Shown here: in pieces, positions 19,369 to 29,763 of the stretch | Numbering within the stretch: position 1 is the stretch's first letter | Layout: every line of letters begins with the position of its first letter | Assembly (NCBI GenBank): GCA_030603365.1 | Contig: JAUVXV010000004.1 | Coordinates: 192,001 to 256,000 of the forward strand | Source: Candidatus Heimdallarchaeota archaeon | Lineage (GTDB): Archaea; Asgardarchaeota; Heimdallarchaeia; Heimdallarchaeales; Heimdallarchaeaceae | Length of the DNA: 64,000 nucleotides | Direction: 5' to 3' | Made by a program: the position numbers and the translations under genes | The notes under the pieces: model-generated | Databases searched by the model: none | Told to the model about the DNA's origin: nothing | Seen by the model: the letters and a program-made list of their open reading frames with translations, nothing else

Positions 19369-22011
19369 TTATTTATCTTTTAGAACCTTTTTACTTCTTT
19401 CTGTAAGCTTATCTAAGATGTTTAACGCATCTATTGGTTTTAATTCATCCAAACTTATATCTGAAATTTCATTAATAAACTCTTCAAATTTATTCATCTT
19501 CTTTGAGGTGGAATCCTTATCAGTTATTGTTGATGGGATTATCTTCTCTTTTTCATCCTCTGCTCTGTGAAATTGTGAAAGCAATTTGTTGGAATTATCA
19601 ATAACATCTTTTGGCAAACCTGCAAGTGATGCAACATGAATACCAAAACTTTCACTAATTCCTCCTTCTTTTAATTTATAGAGGAAATGGATGTCTCCAT
19701 TCACATTTTTAATAGAAGCATGATAATTTTTAACTCTTGGAAGTTTGGTTTCTAATTCTATTAGCTCATGATAATGAGTTGCAAATAAAGTTCTAGGACC
19801 TAACTTTCCAATTTTATTGTGCAGAAACTCAGTAATTGACCAAGCTATTGAAACACCATCGTATGTTGATGTGCCTCTACCCACTTCATCGAGAATGACT
19901 AAACTTCTTTCAGTTGCGTTATTGAGAATATTTGCACATTCATACATCTCAACCATGAAAGTAGATCTGTGTTCAACCAACATATCATGAGCTCCAATAC
20001 GAGTAAATATTCTATCGGTTAATCCTATTGTTGCTGAACTTGCAGGAACAAAACTACCTATTTGTGTCATTAAAACAATAAGAGCAACTTGTCTCAAAAT
20101 CGTGCTTTTTCCTCCCATGTTGGGACCTGTTATAATCAAAATCCTTTCTTTGTTTTTACTTAGACTAATATCATTGGGGATAAAAACTGATTGGGAGAGT
20201 AATCTTTCAACTACAGGATGTCGTCCCTCTTCTATTTTGATAATATCATCCTTCGTTATATTTGGTTTTGTGTAATTATAATAAACTGCATTCTGAGCAA
20301 ATGTGGATATTACATCTACCAATGCAATAAAATAAGCATCTTGCTGGATGATTGTTGCATATTCAGCTATTTGCATTAATACATTGTAAAACAACTCCTC
20401 TTCCAAGACTAGAATCTTTTCTTCAGCATTAAGGATTTTTTCCTCATATTCCTTTAGTTCAGGGGTAATATATCGCTCAGCGTTCACCAATGTTTGTTTT
20501 CTTTCATATTGTGTGGGAACCTTATCACTTGAGGCTTTTGGGACTTCAATATAATAGCCAAAAACTTTGTTAAAACGCACCTTTAGATTTTTAATCCCTG
20601 TTTCAACTCTCTCTCTAGCTTCTAAAGATGTTAAGAAAGTTTTACCTCCCTTTTGAATTTTTCTTAATTCATCTAACTCTTCATTATAATCTCTACGAAT
20701 AACATTTCCATCCTTAATGTTTGCGGGGACTTCATCTTCTATACCATTAGCAATAATTTCTACTACTTCTTCTAAGGGATCTAGGTTCTTGTGTATGTCT
20801 TTAAGAAGAGATGAAGTGAATTTTGATATAATAGAACGTATTCCTGGAATTAACTCTAGTGAGTTTTTTAGTGCAATTAAATCTCTTGGTTTGCTTCTTC
20901 CAAGACATATTCGTCCTGTAATTCTTTCTATATCACTAATGTTTGTTAATATGCTCCTGATTTCTTCTCTTGAAATGCTGTCATTCACTAATTCTTCAGT
21001 TGCATCTAATCTACCTTGAATTGTTGAGATATTCAAAATGGGTCTTAAAATTAAAGAAGTAAGAAGCCTGGATCCTGGAGGTGTTTTCGTATTGTCTAAT
21101 ACTTGTCTTAGAGTACCATGCTCTGTTCTAGCTTGCAAATTTTCAATGAGTTCCAAATTTCGTATTGTACTCGAATCCAATATCATATAATCTTGACTTT
21201 TAAGTTGACTAATTTTAGTTATATTAGGAAATTTCTCTCTCATTTGTGTTTCTCTAATATATCTAAGAACTGCTCCTGCAGCTCCAATAGAAGGGTAAGT
21301 CTCATTAACACCAAAACCATCTAAACTAAGAACTTCAAAGAGAGAACGGAGGTCCTTTGAGCCTTGTTCAATGTCAAAATAAAAGAAATCTCTATAGGTT
21401 CTTATTGTTCTACTTTGTTCTCCAAATTCCTTCAAATCAGTACTTAATTGTTCTTCCAATATTATTTCCGAAGGATTTAGACGAGTTAATTCAACGTTAA
21501 GAAGATTTAGAGCTTTTTTTCCCTCAAAATCTGAGACTAAGAATTCTCCTGTGGATAAGTCAAGAGCTGATAAACCATAGATATTGCTTACTTTATTTAT
21601 TGCAACAAGATAATTATTTTGTCCCTTAGTAAGAGACTCAGGAAGAGTTATTGTTCCTTTTGTTACTAACTGCACAACTCCACGCCTAACAATTTTCTTC
21701 GTTGCTTTAGCATCTTCAAGTTGTTCCACTATAGCGATTTTATACCCGTTTTCAACCATTTTAGCAATGTAAGAATCTACTGCATGAAAAGGAACACCTG
21801 CTAATGGAAACCTTCTGTCTGCGATCGTTCTCGCTGTAAGTGTGATGTTCAAAACTTCTGAAGCAACTTTTGCATCCTCATTAAAAGTTTCATAAAAATC
21901 TCCTGCTCGAAAGAAAATGATATAATCTGGGTGTTGTTTCTTAATGTCCTGCCACTGTTGCATCATTGGAGTTAACTTAGGCTTAAGCTTCCGATCATCA
22001 AATTGCTTCAT
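19369..22011 (-). CDS. mutS: DNA mismatch repair protein MutS (MutS1)
   Basis: TPMMQQW, GDFYETF, GRHPVVE, TGPNMGGKST, STFMVEM, DEVGRGTST, FATHYHEL. Confidence 0.97.
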   Translation of the reverse strand: MKQFDDRKLKPKLTPMMQQWQDIKKQHPDYIIFFRAGDFYETFNEDAKVASEVLNITLTARTIADRRFPLAGVPFHAVDSYIAKMVENGYKIAIVEQLEDAKATKKIVRRGVVQLVTKGTITLPESLTKGQNNYLVAINKVSNIYGLSALDLSTGEFLVSDFEGKKALNLLNVELTRLNPSEIILEEQLSTDLKEFGEQSRTIRTYRDFFYFDIEQGSKDLRSLFEVLSLDGFGVNETYPSIGAAGAVLRYIRETQMREKFPNITKISQLKSQDYMILDSSTIRNLELIENLQARTEHGTLRQVLDNTKTPPGSRLLTSLILRPILNISTIQGRLDATEELVNDSISREEIRSILTNISDIERITGRICLGRSKPRDLIALKNSLELIPGIRSIISKFTSSLLKDIHKNLDPLEEVVEIIANGIEDEVPANIKDGNVIRRDYNEELDELRKIQKGGKTFLTSLEARERVETGIKNLKVRFNKVFGYYIEVPKASSDKVPTQYERKQTLVNAERYITPELKEYEEKILNAEEKILVLEEELFYNVLMQIAEYATIIQQDAYFIALVDVISTFAQNAVYYNYTKPNITKDDIIKIEEGRHPVVERLLSQSVFIPNDISLSKNKERILIITGPNMGGKSTILRQVALIVLMTQIGSFVPASSATIGLTDRIFTRIGAHDMLVEHRSTFMVEMYECANILNNATERSLVILDEVGRGTSTYDGVSIAWSITEFLHNKIGKLGPRTLFATHYHELIELETKLPRVKNYHASIKNVNGDIHFLYKLKEGGISESFGIHVASLAGLPKDVIDNSNKLLSQFHRAEDEKEKIIPSTITDKDSTSKKMNKFEEFINEISDISLDELKPIDALNILDKLTERSKKVLKDK

Positions 22012-22028
22012 AATTCTTACTCTCTTAG

Positions 22029-22844
22029 CTAACTTTTCTTAAAATCTTTACTCTTTTGAATATAAAAATCATATACATCTTTAGGTTGTTTTTTCAAGTC
22101 AGCAGCTCCCCAAGAGTATATGTTTTCAGGTTTATCTTCACTTGTAAGAAACCATCCACCTTCTTCTATGATTTTAGATAACTGATTAACAATAGTTACT
22201 CCTGCACTAGCACCTAATCTGTCTGCACCAGCATTAATCAACCTAACAGCGGTTCTAGCATCTCGAATCCCCCCAGCAGCTTTTACACCTAAATCTTTGC
22301 CAACTGCCTGACGCATCAGAACTATGTGATCATGAAAAGCTCCCATAGGACCAAAACCTGTTGAAGTTTTAACATAATGAGCTCCAGAATTCTTGGAAAT
22401 TTCACATGCTTTTACAATTTGATCATCTGTTAAGAATCCTGTTTCAAAAATAACTTTGACACAAACACCATTTGCTGACTGTACTACTTGTGCAATGTCA
22501 TTACCAACAGCAAAATAGTTTCCTTCTCTGAAACTACCAATGTCCATAACCATATCAATCTCATTTGCACCATTTTGTACAGCTTCAGCTGTCTCAAATG
22601 CCTTTGTTTTGGAAGTACATGCTCCTAATGGGAATCCTACAACAGCTGCTAAATCAACTTCTGATTTCTTCAGTATTTCTTTACAAAAAGAAACATGGTT
22701 TGAACTAACACACACAGCAGCAAAATTGTATTCAAGTGCTTCCACGCATAATTTATTGATGTTTTTCTTTGTAGAAAATGGTTTTAGATTGGTATGATCA
22801 ATCATTCGAGCAAGTTTTTCTGGTGAAATTCTTAGGGAATACAC
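22029..22844 (-). CDS. deoC: Deoxyribose-phosphate aldolase
   Basis: IDHTNLKP, VGFPLG, EIDMV, VKTSTGF, VKAAGGIR. Confidence 0.95.
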   Translation of the reverse strand: MYSLRISPEKLARMIDHTNLKPFSTKKNINKLCVEALEYNFAAVCVSSNHVSFCKEILKKSEVDLAAVVGFPLGACTSKTKAFETAEAVQNGANEIDMVMDIGSFREGNYFAVGNDIAQVVQSANGVCVKVIFETGFLTDDQIVKACEISKNSGAHYVKTSTGFGPMGAFHDHIVLMRQAVGKDLGVKAAGGIRDARTAVRLINAGADRLGASAGVTIVNQLSKIIEEGGWFLTSEDKPENIYSWGAADLKKQPKDVYDFYIQKSKDFKKS

Positions 22845-22906
22845 ATAATAGTGAAGTAATCTAAATAAAAAAAGATTACGAAAGTTTGGTAAAAGTAATT
22901 TTAAGA

Positions 22907-23311
22907 TTAAATGCTAGCTACATATTCTTTTTCTATTAATCTTCGAAATTCTTCGATTTTTTTATGGATTGTAACAGCTTCCTTCTTGACGATGCTTGGT
23001 ATTTTTCCAAAACCAAGAGCTTTTTCATAACATTTAGAGAAATAATTTAATTGAAAAACTAGTTGAACAACTCTGGCATATTGAAATACTTGATCAGGAT
23101 TAGTAACAAGTGCTACCTTTAAGGAGATTTCATTTTGTTCCTCTGGACTCAAATCAATGTTTAAACCTAATCGATTACATAAATCAAATAACTTATTGAG
23201 CATGAGTCTTCCTTTCTTTAGAACTTGCGCCAGCTCTGAAGCGACGTCAGAAAGTCCAGGTACTTCTTTGCCAATTGTTTCGGCACTCTCGGTTATACTT
23301 TCAAGATGCAT
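22907..23311 (-). CDS. Hypothetical helical protein
   Basis: 134-aa ORF, no recognised motif. Confidence 0.55.
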   Translation of the reverse strand: MHLESITESAETIGKEVPGLSDVASELAQVLKKGRLMLNKLFDLCNRLGLNIDLSPEEQNEISLKVALVTNPDQVFQYARVVQLVFQLNYFSKCYEKALGFGKIPSIVKKEAVTIHKKIEEFRRLIEKEYVASI

Positions 23312-23415
23312 TTTTCACACTAACGTTTTGTAAATTAAAGTTATTGAAGGTTCTTATAAGTTTTTTTCAGATTACTTATGGTGATAAAAAAGAAAGAAGA
23401 AAAAAGAAAGAAAGA

Positions 23416-25506
23416 TTAAGGTTCTAAGAGCATTCTGAGATATAATAACTCACCATCAATATCATTTTTTAGTTTTTCAATGGTTTGTTGTCTATCTTGG
23501 AACATTTTAACATATGACTCTCTAGTCATAATAGTCTTCTTAACTCTGTATTCTTGTTGAAGCACACGTAGATTCCTTCGTTCTTCATAGAGTTTTCTTT
23601 CAGCAATTTCAATCTTCTGGACAGCTTGCTTGTATCTTCCACCATGTTTCACTAGAGTTTCTTTGGTCTGTTTTAGATTAACTTCTTCAGCTCTTAGACG
23701 TTTTTCTAGTTTAGCAATCAAATCCTTTCCTTCTTTAGCTTTCATTTTCTTTGAAGCGACTTTGATTCTAGTTTCTCTCAACCTTTCCTTAATTGAAAGA
23801 ACCTCTTCATACTGTTTAACAAATTCTTCAATTTCATCAAATGGAATAAATTCTTTATCAGAATCGCTTATAACTAGATCTTTAGTTTTCTTTGATGACC
23901 ATCTAATACCCAAATAAATAGCGAATACGACTCCAACTGTAATTACTTGGAAGAAATATGTGATAAGTACATTTAATCTTGAATATGTAAATTCAATGAT
24001 TAAGGGAGCATTATCATTCCCTGTAAAGGTAGTAAATGAAAAACTAAGGATTCTTCTGAAACCTAGAGAAACAAAATCGAATTTTTTATTGTAGTTAATA
24101 ATCAAGTCTTGATAAGGATCGGGGTTATTGTATCTAATCTCGTGATATACTGCTCCTTTTGGAAGAATTACATCTACATTTAATTTTTCTACGGTCCAAT
24201 TAATGATTGAACAAGGCTCAAATCTCATCCTGTAATTTATACTTCCTTGTTCTTTCTGTAGATATACTTCCATAGGTACAGTATAAACAATTGTAAAAGT
24301 AAAATCTTCTCCATGGAATAAAGGAGTTCGTGGAAAAATGACTAATGCGTCATGACCAATAAATACACTTGGTCGTTGATTATATGATCCAGGTTCGAAA
24401 ATTAGATTATCATCTAGTTGATAATTTTGATTTAGTCCACCAACATCATCATAAAGTTCTAGAACCGTTGCATTCTTGGGTAATATAACTGGAAAAGAGT
24501 TCAGAGCCCACAATTTAAGGCTGTAAAGAGCCTCATTATCAGGTCTTTTAGGACCGAAGTAATAGAGTGATTGCTCTTCAGTAATCTTAATCAAACCAAA
24601 AGGATCAACCTCAATTCTTCGGTTTATCTCTGTTGCCTTGAACAGCATTGTATTGGCAGGATTTTCTATATCTCCACCTGCTGCAATCGCTGTAAGATAG
24701 ACATTCATGTGTACGTCGTCTTCATATGATTGTGAGTAATTGAAAGGTTGTCTTGTTATATTGTACCATTTAACTAAACCTTGCTCATTATCAACTGTTT
24801 TGAAAATACCTCTCGTTCCATTGGTTGGAGTAATTCTGTCAGTTAAGAAAACATCTCCACCTTGTCTTTGCACCCATACTGAACAATTAATTATTGGTAA
24901 ATTGTTAATTAATGGGTAAATTAGCTCTTGGTAATGAAGAACTTGTTCTCCCCCTTCTAACCAGTATGAATATGGGTATGCAAACTCAATGTAGGTATTA
25001 ATGAATATTTCTTCACCTTGTCCATAGCTTGTTTCATTAACATGTAATGGAATGATAAAAGTTGTATAATTTATTCCCTTTTGATAAGTATAAGTTCTCA
25101 TAGATGTTGAGTTACCTATCGACTCATATGATTCATTTGAAACACGGAATCCTGCAAATGTAATGTTCTTGTTGTTAATATTAGGCAAGGTATAATTGAA
25201 GTAAGTTATATTCACATTTCCAATAATATCAAGTTTTATTGAGTCAACCAACGATAATACGCCAAAAGTTTGAATTTCAATAGTCCTGTTAACTGATGTT
25301 GTGGCATTCATCCCGTAATCATATACAAAATCACTTGTTAGAGACAATTCGTCTGTTGAGGGAACGGGTATGTTAATTCTATCTGGTTGAATAATTGGTA
25401 AATCTGTAGATTGATTTGCTTGTATTAGACCATACATTACTGAAAATGACATGGAAACTGCAAATAATATAGCTAAAGTAACAATTGTACTTCTTGTTTT
25501 CTTCAT
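23416..25506 (-). CDS. Ribophorin I (OST1/RPN1) homologue, oligosaccharyltransferase accessory subunit
   Basis: Signal peptide; NRRIEVDPFG, LPKNA...YDDVG, PRTPLFHG, VDVILPKGA resemble ribophorin I blocks; TM plus cytosolic coiled coil; SD-like GAGGT before ATG 25506. Confidence 0.8.
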   Translation of the reverse strand: MKKTRSTIVTLAILFAVSMSFSVMYGLIQANQSTDLPIIQPDRINIPVPSTDELSLTSDFVYDYGMNATTSVNRTIEIQTFGVLSLVDSIKLDIIGNVNITYFNYTLPNINNKNITFAGFRVSNESYESIGNSTSMRTYTYQKGINYTTFIIPLHVNETSYGQGEEIFINTYIEFAYPYSYWLEGGEQVLHYQELIYPLINNLPIINCSVWVQRQGGDVFLTDRITPTNGTRGIFKTVDNEQGLVKWYNITRQPFNYSQSYEDDVHMNVYLTAIAAGGDIENPANTMLFKATEINRRIEVDPFGLIKITEEQSLYYFGPKRPDNEALYSLKLWALNSFPVILPKNATVLELYDDVGGLNQNYQLDDNLIFEPGSYNQRPSVFIGHDALVIFPRTPLFHGEDFTFTIVYTVPMEVYLQKEQGSINYRMRFEPCSIINWTVEKLNVDVILPKGAVYHEIRYNNPDPYQDLIINYNKKFDFVSLGFRRILSFSFTTFTGNDNAPLIIEFTYSRLNVLITYFFQVITVGVVFAIYLGIRWSSKKTKDLVISDSDKEFIPFDEIEEFVKQYEEVLSIKERLRETRIKVASKKMKAKEGKDLIAKLEKRLRAEEVNLKQTKETLVKHGGRYKQAVQKIEIAERKLYEERRNLRVLQQEYRVKKTIMTRESYVKMFQDRQQTIEKLKNDIDGELLYLRMLLEP

Positions 25507-25643
25507 TGTTGAAACCTCGTGTTTCTCGTCTTTGTGCAATTGATATGAAACGATTTTAAATATTTTGGCTTTTAATACATTTTATTTCTTAAATATCAGA
25601 AAGATTATTGAATTCTTATTTTATTTATAATTTGATTGACAAA

Positions 25644-26414
25644 ATGTTGGACGAAAGAGAACTCGAAAAATACAATCGTCAGATAATAATATCACATTTT
25701 GGAACTAAAGGACAAGTGGCACTAAAAACAAGTAAAGTGTGCGTAGTTGGATTAGGTGGTTTGGGTTCAAGTATTGTCTATTACTTAGCTGTAGCAGGGA
25801 TAGGGTCCCTTGGGTTAATTGATCAAGACCAAGTTGAATTATCAAATTTAAACAGACAAATCTTGCACTACGAGAGTGATAAAGGAAAATTAAAAACAAA
25901 ATCTGCTTCAGAAAAGGTGACTAAACTTAATCCAGATATAAAAATAGTTGAGCATTCAATTATTCTAGATTCATCTAATATTGAGGACTTATTATCTGGA
26001 TATGATTTTGTTGTCGAAGCCAGTGATAACTTTGAAACTAAGTTTTTGGTGAATGACACTTGTTGTAAACTTCGTATCCCTTTTGTTATTGGTGGTGTTT
26101 ATCAGTTTGAAGGTCAGATGATGACAGTTATACCTGGTGAAACTGCATGTTATAGATGTATGTTTAAAGAAATTCCAACGCCTGGTTCATATCCTACAAC
26201 GAGTGAAAATGGTGTGATGGGAACTACAGCTGGTTTGTTGGGGATTATTGAGGCTAATGAAGCGATTAAATACCTAGTCTTCAAAAATCATGAGAAACTG
26301 CTAGTAAACAAAATCTTGTATGCGGATTTACAATACAATTCATACGAAACCTTTCGTATTGAAAGAGATAAAACATGCAAAAGCTGTTCTGAACTTCAGC
26401 TTGACCAAGCGTAG
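25644..26414 (+). CDS. ThiF/MoeB/UbaA E1-like adenylyltransferase
   Basis: KYNRQI, GLGGLGS, DQVELSNLNRQILH, SDNF, CYRC, CKSC. Confidence 0.92.
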   Translation: MLDERELEKYNRQIIISHFGTKGQVALKTSKVCVVGLGGLGSSIVYYLAVAGIGSLGLIDQDQVELSNLNRQILHYESDKGKLKTKSASEKVTKLNPDIKIVEHSIILDSSNIEDLLSGYDFVVEASDNFETKFLVNDTCCKLRIPFVIGGVYQFEGQMMTVIPGETACYRCMFKEIPTPGSYPTTSENGVMGTTAGLLGIIEANEAIKYLVFKNHEKLLVNKILYADLQYNSYETFRIERDKTCKSCSELQLDQA

Positions 26415-26449
26415 TAAACTTTTATATTGTTCATTTTGAATTTAAAATT

Positions 26450-27019
26450 ATGAGCGAAGAAAAGAACTATTTTGTTCATCCTTCAGCTTTTGTTGAAGAA
26501 AATGTTACTATTGGTGAAAGAACCAAAATATGGCACTTAGTTCAAGTAAGAGGGGGCGCTAAAATAGGTGAAGATTGTAATTTTGGAAAATCAGTATTCA
26601 TTGATTCAAACGTTTCTATTGGAAATAATGTTAAAATCCAAAACTTTGTCTCTGTCTATCAAGGAGTTACTATTGAAGATGATGTTTTTATTGGACCTCA
26701 TGTTTGCTTTACTAATGATTATCTTCCACGATCTTTCATTTCTGATTGGAAATTGGTTAAAACTGAAGTGAAAAAAGGTGCATCTATTGGTGCAAATGCA
26801 ACCATTGTGTGTGGGATTACAATCGGTGAGTATGCGATGATTGGAGCAGGTAGTTTGGTTTCCAAAGATGTACCTCATCATGCATTGGTTTATGGTAATC
26901 CTGCTAAGTTCAAGGGATATGTTTGTTCCTGTGGAAACATAGTGAAGAAAACTCAAGACTATTTACTAGAAGGGACAATATTGGAATGTGATAAATGTAA
27001 CAAAACAGTCGTAATTTAG
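26450..27019 (+). CDS. Hexapeptide-repeat sugar N-acetyltransferase (WbpD/WlbB-like) with C-terminal Zn ribbon
   Basis: TKIWH, KIQN, FIGPHVCFTND, GNPAK, CSCG...CDKC. Confidence 0.88.
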   Translation: MSEEKNYFVHPSAFVEENVTIGERTKIWHLVQVRGGAKIGEDCNFGKSVFIDSNVSIGNNVKIQNFVSVYQGVTIEDDVFIGPHVCFTNDYLPRSFISDWKLVKTEVKKGASIGANATIVCGITIGEYAMIGAGSLVSKDVPHHALVYGNPAKFKGYVCSCGNIVKKTQDYLLEGTILECDKCNKTVVI

Positions 27020-27226
27020 CTTTCATTTTCTTCATTTTCTATTTCTCTATTGATTTTGTTAAATTGCGTTTTCTTCAACTAGGTTTTTATCGTCGGTGAG
27101 GTAAACCTTAAATAACATTTTCAGTTGGAGTTAAAATGCTGGGTATTCTAGACAACTAGTGTTACAAATCTATAAATGGGTTAACGAACACTACTAGATA
27201 ATTTAATACTTGTATGGGGTTATCAA

Positions 27227-27436
27227 ATGAACTTAATTTCAATAAGGCTTCCGAGTGAATTTGTAGAGATTTTGGATGAGATGGTTCTTCAGGGGCGATA
27301 TGCTTCGAGGTCAGAGGCAATTAGATTAGCATTAAGAGATTTTTATAGAGAACATTATGCTTCAAAACAATCAACAGACTTTCGTTTTCCAAATGTTGAT
27401 TATACTTATAGCAATATAGTTTTTGAAGATGACTAA
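27227..27436 (+). CDS. Ribbon-helix-helix regulator (CdrS/CopG-like)
   Basis: ISIRLP...LDEMVLQGRYASRSEAIRLALRD. Confidence 0.88.
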   Translation: MNLISIRLPSEFVEILDEMVLQGRYASRSEAIRLALRDFYREHYASKQSTDFRFPNVDYTYSNIVFEDD

Positions 27437-27524
27437 TCTAATCTCATAATAAAAGCAGATATATGCCATTTGAAGAAACGCTAGGTTTAACAAATGGGGA
27501 ACCATAATTTTTAGTAATAAGTAG

Positions 27525-28613
27525 TTGATTCAAATGACAGACATGGTTGATTCTAAAGGTAGTGACGAAGTACAAACTTCTACTGAAGAATTATCTGAAG
27601 ACAAACCACAAACACCATTGTCAAGATTCATCTCAAAATCAAAAAGAGAGGTCTCAACTTTTTCATCTAAAGCATATCAGAAACTTGAACCAATCATTTT
27701 TCCTTTGAAAAATAAATATGTTAGGTATACTCTTTCTGCAATCCTTTTTGGTCTAGTTATTGCGCTCTATGTTCTATATGAAACATATCCTGGAGTTGAA
27801 AATACTGCATTACGTGCTTTTCTTGTTCCGATAGGATTGGTTCTTGCAACAATTCTAGTCTTCTATATAACTTGGGATGATCCCTATTTCAGAAAATATA
27901 GATCTCCAGGAATATATGTTGTAGTATTAACTACTATCTTTTACATTTTCATCTTTACAGACATTTCCGACCTATTGTTTAGCACAACACTTGCAACCTG
28001 GTTAACGAAATCTACTGGTTTTCTTACTTCTTCAATTGTAGAAGCTTTTGGGATAAACATATCTGATGTAGCTTGGCAATCTTTTCCCACATACGAGAAA
28101 GTAAATTGGATGAATAGAACTACATTCTTCCTTAGTTCACCTGAAGAATTAACATCGTATATGTCACTTGTGAGTATAAAATGGATGACTAGAATAGTAT
28201 TCTTTAACGCCCCCAGTGAACAAGGATCTCTGTATATTGACGCTGCTTGTAGTGGTATTCATTCTTTAACAGTTTTTACTGCTGTATTTCTTTTAATGCT
28301 TTTTGAGGCTCGTAAACGCCTTCAATGGACTTACACAACTATCTTAGTAACTCTGATTGGAATCATTGGAACCTACATCATGAATCTAATTAGAATTATG
28401 ATAATAATCTCACTCTATTATTATCAAGGTTCCTCCATTGCTGGTCCAGTGCATAATTATCTGGGCTATGTAATTTTGATTATTTGGCTTCCTATTTTCT
28501 GGTTATATGTTCTCCCTCTTGGTGAGAAGAAGGAAGTAAAACAAGAAAGAAAGTTAAGAAGACAAGAAAAGAAGGAACAAAAGAAGAAAAAGACAGATTT
28601 AGAGCAATTGTAG
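27525..28613 (+). CDS. Exosortase/archaeosortase family protein
   Basis: Multi-TM; IDAACSGIHS (Cys), MNLIRI (Arg), VHNYLG (His) triad. Confidence 0.88.
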   Translation: MIQMTDMVDSKGSDEVQTSTEELSEDKPQTPLSRFISKSKREVSTFSSKAYQKLEPIIFPLKNKYVRYTLSAILFGLVIALYVLYETYPGVENTALRAFLVPIGLVLATILVFYITWDDPYFRKYRSPGIYVVVLTTIFYIFIFTDISDLLFSTTLATWLTKSTGFLTSSIVEAFGINISDVAWQSFPTYEKVNWMNRTTFFLSSPEELTSYMSLVSIKWMTRIVFFNAPSEQGSLYIDAACSGIHSLTVFTAVFLLMLFEARKRLQWTYTTILVTLIGIIGTYIMNLIRIMIIISLYYYQGSSIAGPVHNYLGYVILIIWLPIFWLYVLPLGEKKEVKQERKLRRQEKKEQKKKKTDLEQL

Positions 28614-28614
28614 C

Positions 28615-29763
28615 TCATAGAAATTTTTCATAAACTTCAAGCGTTAATTTTGCAGTATTATCCCAGGTATATTTCTTTGCTATTTCTCTTGAATTCTTTG
28701 CAATTGAGGATAATTGTTGTTTATTGTTCATTACTTCAACTATCTTCTCTGCAAAAGAGCTAACGGTTCTTTCTGTAGTGAGAATTGTATTATCATGTTC
28801 AAAAGTAACAGCTTCGGGGGCTGCTAGAATGGGGGTTTGGCAAGATAATGCCTCTAATAAAGTTAAATTCATTCCTTCATAGTTTGAAGGAAGTAAGAAC
28901 AAATCAACGGAGCTGAAGTAACTATTCTTCATATTGTCTTCAATATAACCTAGATCTATAACTGAATCGGTAAGATTATTTCTTTTCAAACCCTTTGTGA
29001 ATATCTTTCTTTGTTTCAAATCATCGCCAGCAAATAGCAATTTAATGTTTGGATTTTTATTTTTCACTTCTTTTAGTAGTGGTATAAGCATTTCAGAACC
29101 CTTTCTAATCATCATTCTTCCAAGGAATCCTAAAACAAACTCCCCTTCCTTTTTTTCATAAATACACTTTTCATCCTTAGTGTATTTTGTTGTATCTACT
29201 CCATTAGGTACAACAGTGATTTTAGATTCTTCAATAGGATAATTTTCTACTATCTCTTGTTTTATTGGTTTACTAACAGCAATAAGATGATCTGCCTGTT
29301 TCATAAGCTTGTTTTCTATCCTTCTCAATAGGGGATAAGCAACAAGTAATCTTCTTTCAACCCAATTCAAAGTAGCAGATGGTTGTGCTATTATAGACCT
29401 TTGTTCTCCAAAAAAGGTTGTATGAACTGTTTCAATTCTAGGCGTTTTTGTTTTTATTTTCCTAGTAGAGAGCATTGGGAGATTACCATGTATTATTGAG
29501 GGGTTTATTGAATTTAAAACAGAATTAGTTCCCCTCCAATAGCTACTAGAATAAAAGAACCTTGAAGAAATTGTTTTGATGAATTCAATTTTAACGTCTG
29601 ATTTTGTGGGTTTTGGAGTAAGTACTTCATCCCTTAAAGCAGTAACCAAAACAGGATTCCAACTGCTTTGTTTTATGATAGATTTTGCCAATTCTTCACT
29701 ATAAATCCAGGTTGCTCCTCGTCTGTATTCCTGAGTAAGTATGCATGCAGTATTATTATTCAT
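28615..29763 (-). CDS. GT4 glycosyltransferase
   Basis: VPNGVD, FLGR...KG, PSNYEGMNLTLLEALS. Confidence 0.92.
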   Translation of the reverse strand: MNNNTACILTQEYRRGATWIYSEELAKSIIKQSSWNPVLVTALRDEVLTPKPTKSDVKIEFIKTISSRFFYSSSYWRGTNSVLNSINPSIIHGNLPMLSTRKIKTKTPRIETVHTTFFGEQRSIIAQPSATLNWVERRLLVAYPLLRRIENKLMKQADHLIAVSKPIKQEIVENYPIEESKITVVPNGVDTTKYTKDEKCIYEKKEGEFVLGFLGRMMIRKGSEMLIPLLKEVKNKNPNIKLLFAGDDLKQRKIFTKGLKRNNLTDSVIDLGYIEDNMKNSYFSSVDLFLLPSNYEGMNLTLLEALSCQTPILAAPEAVTFEHDNTILTTERTVSSFAEKIVEVMNNKQQLSSIAKNSREIAKKYTWDNTAKLTLEVYEKFL

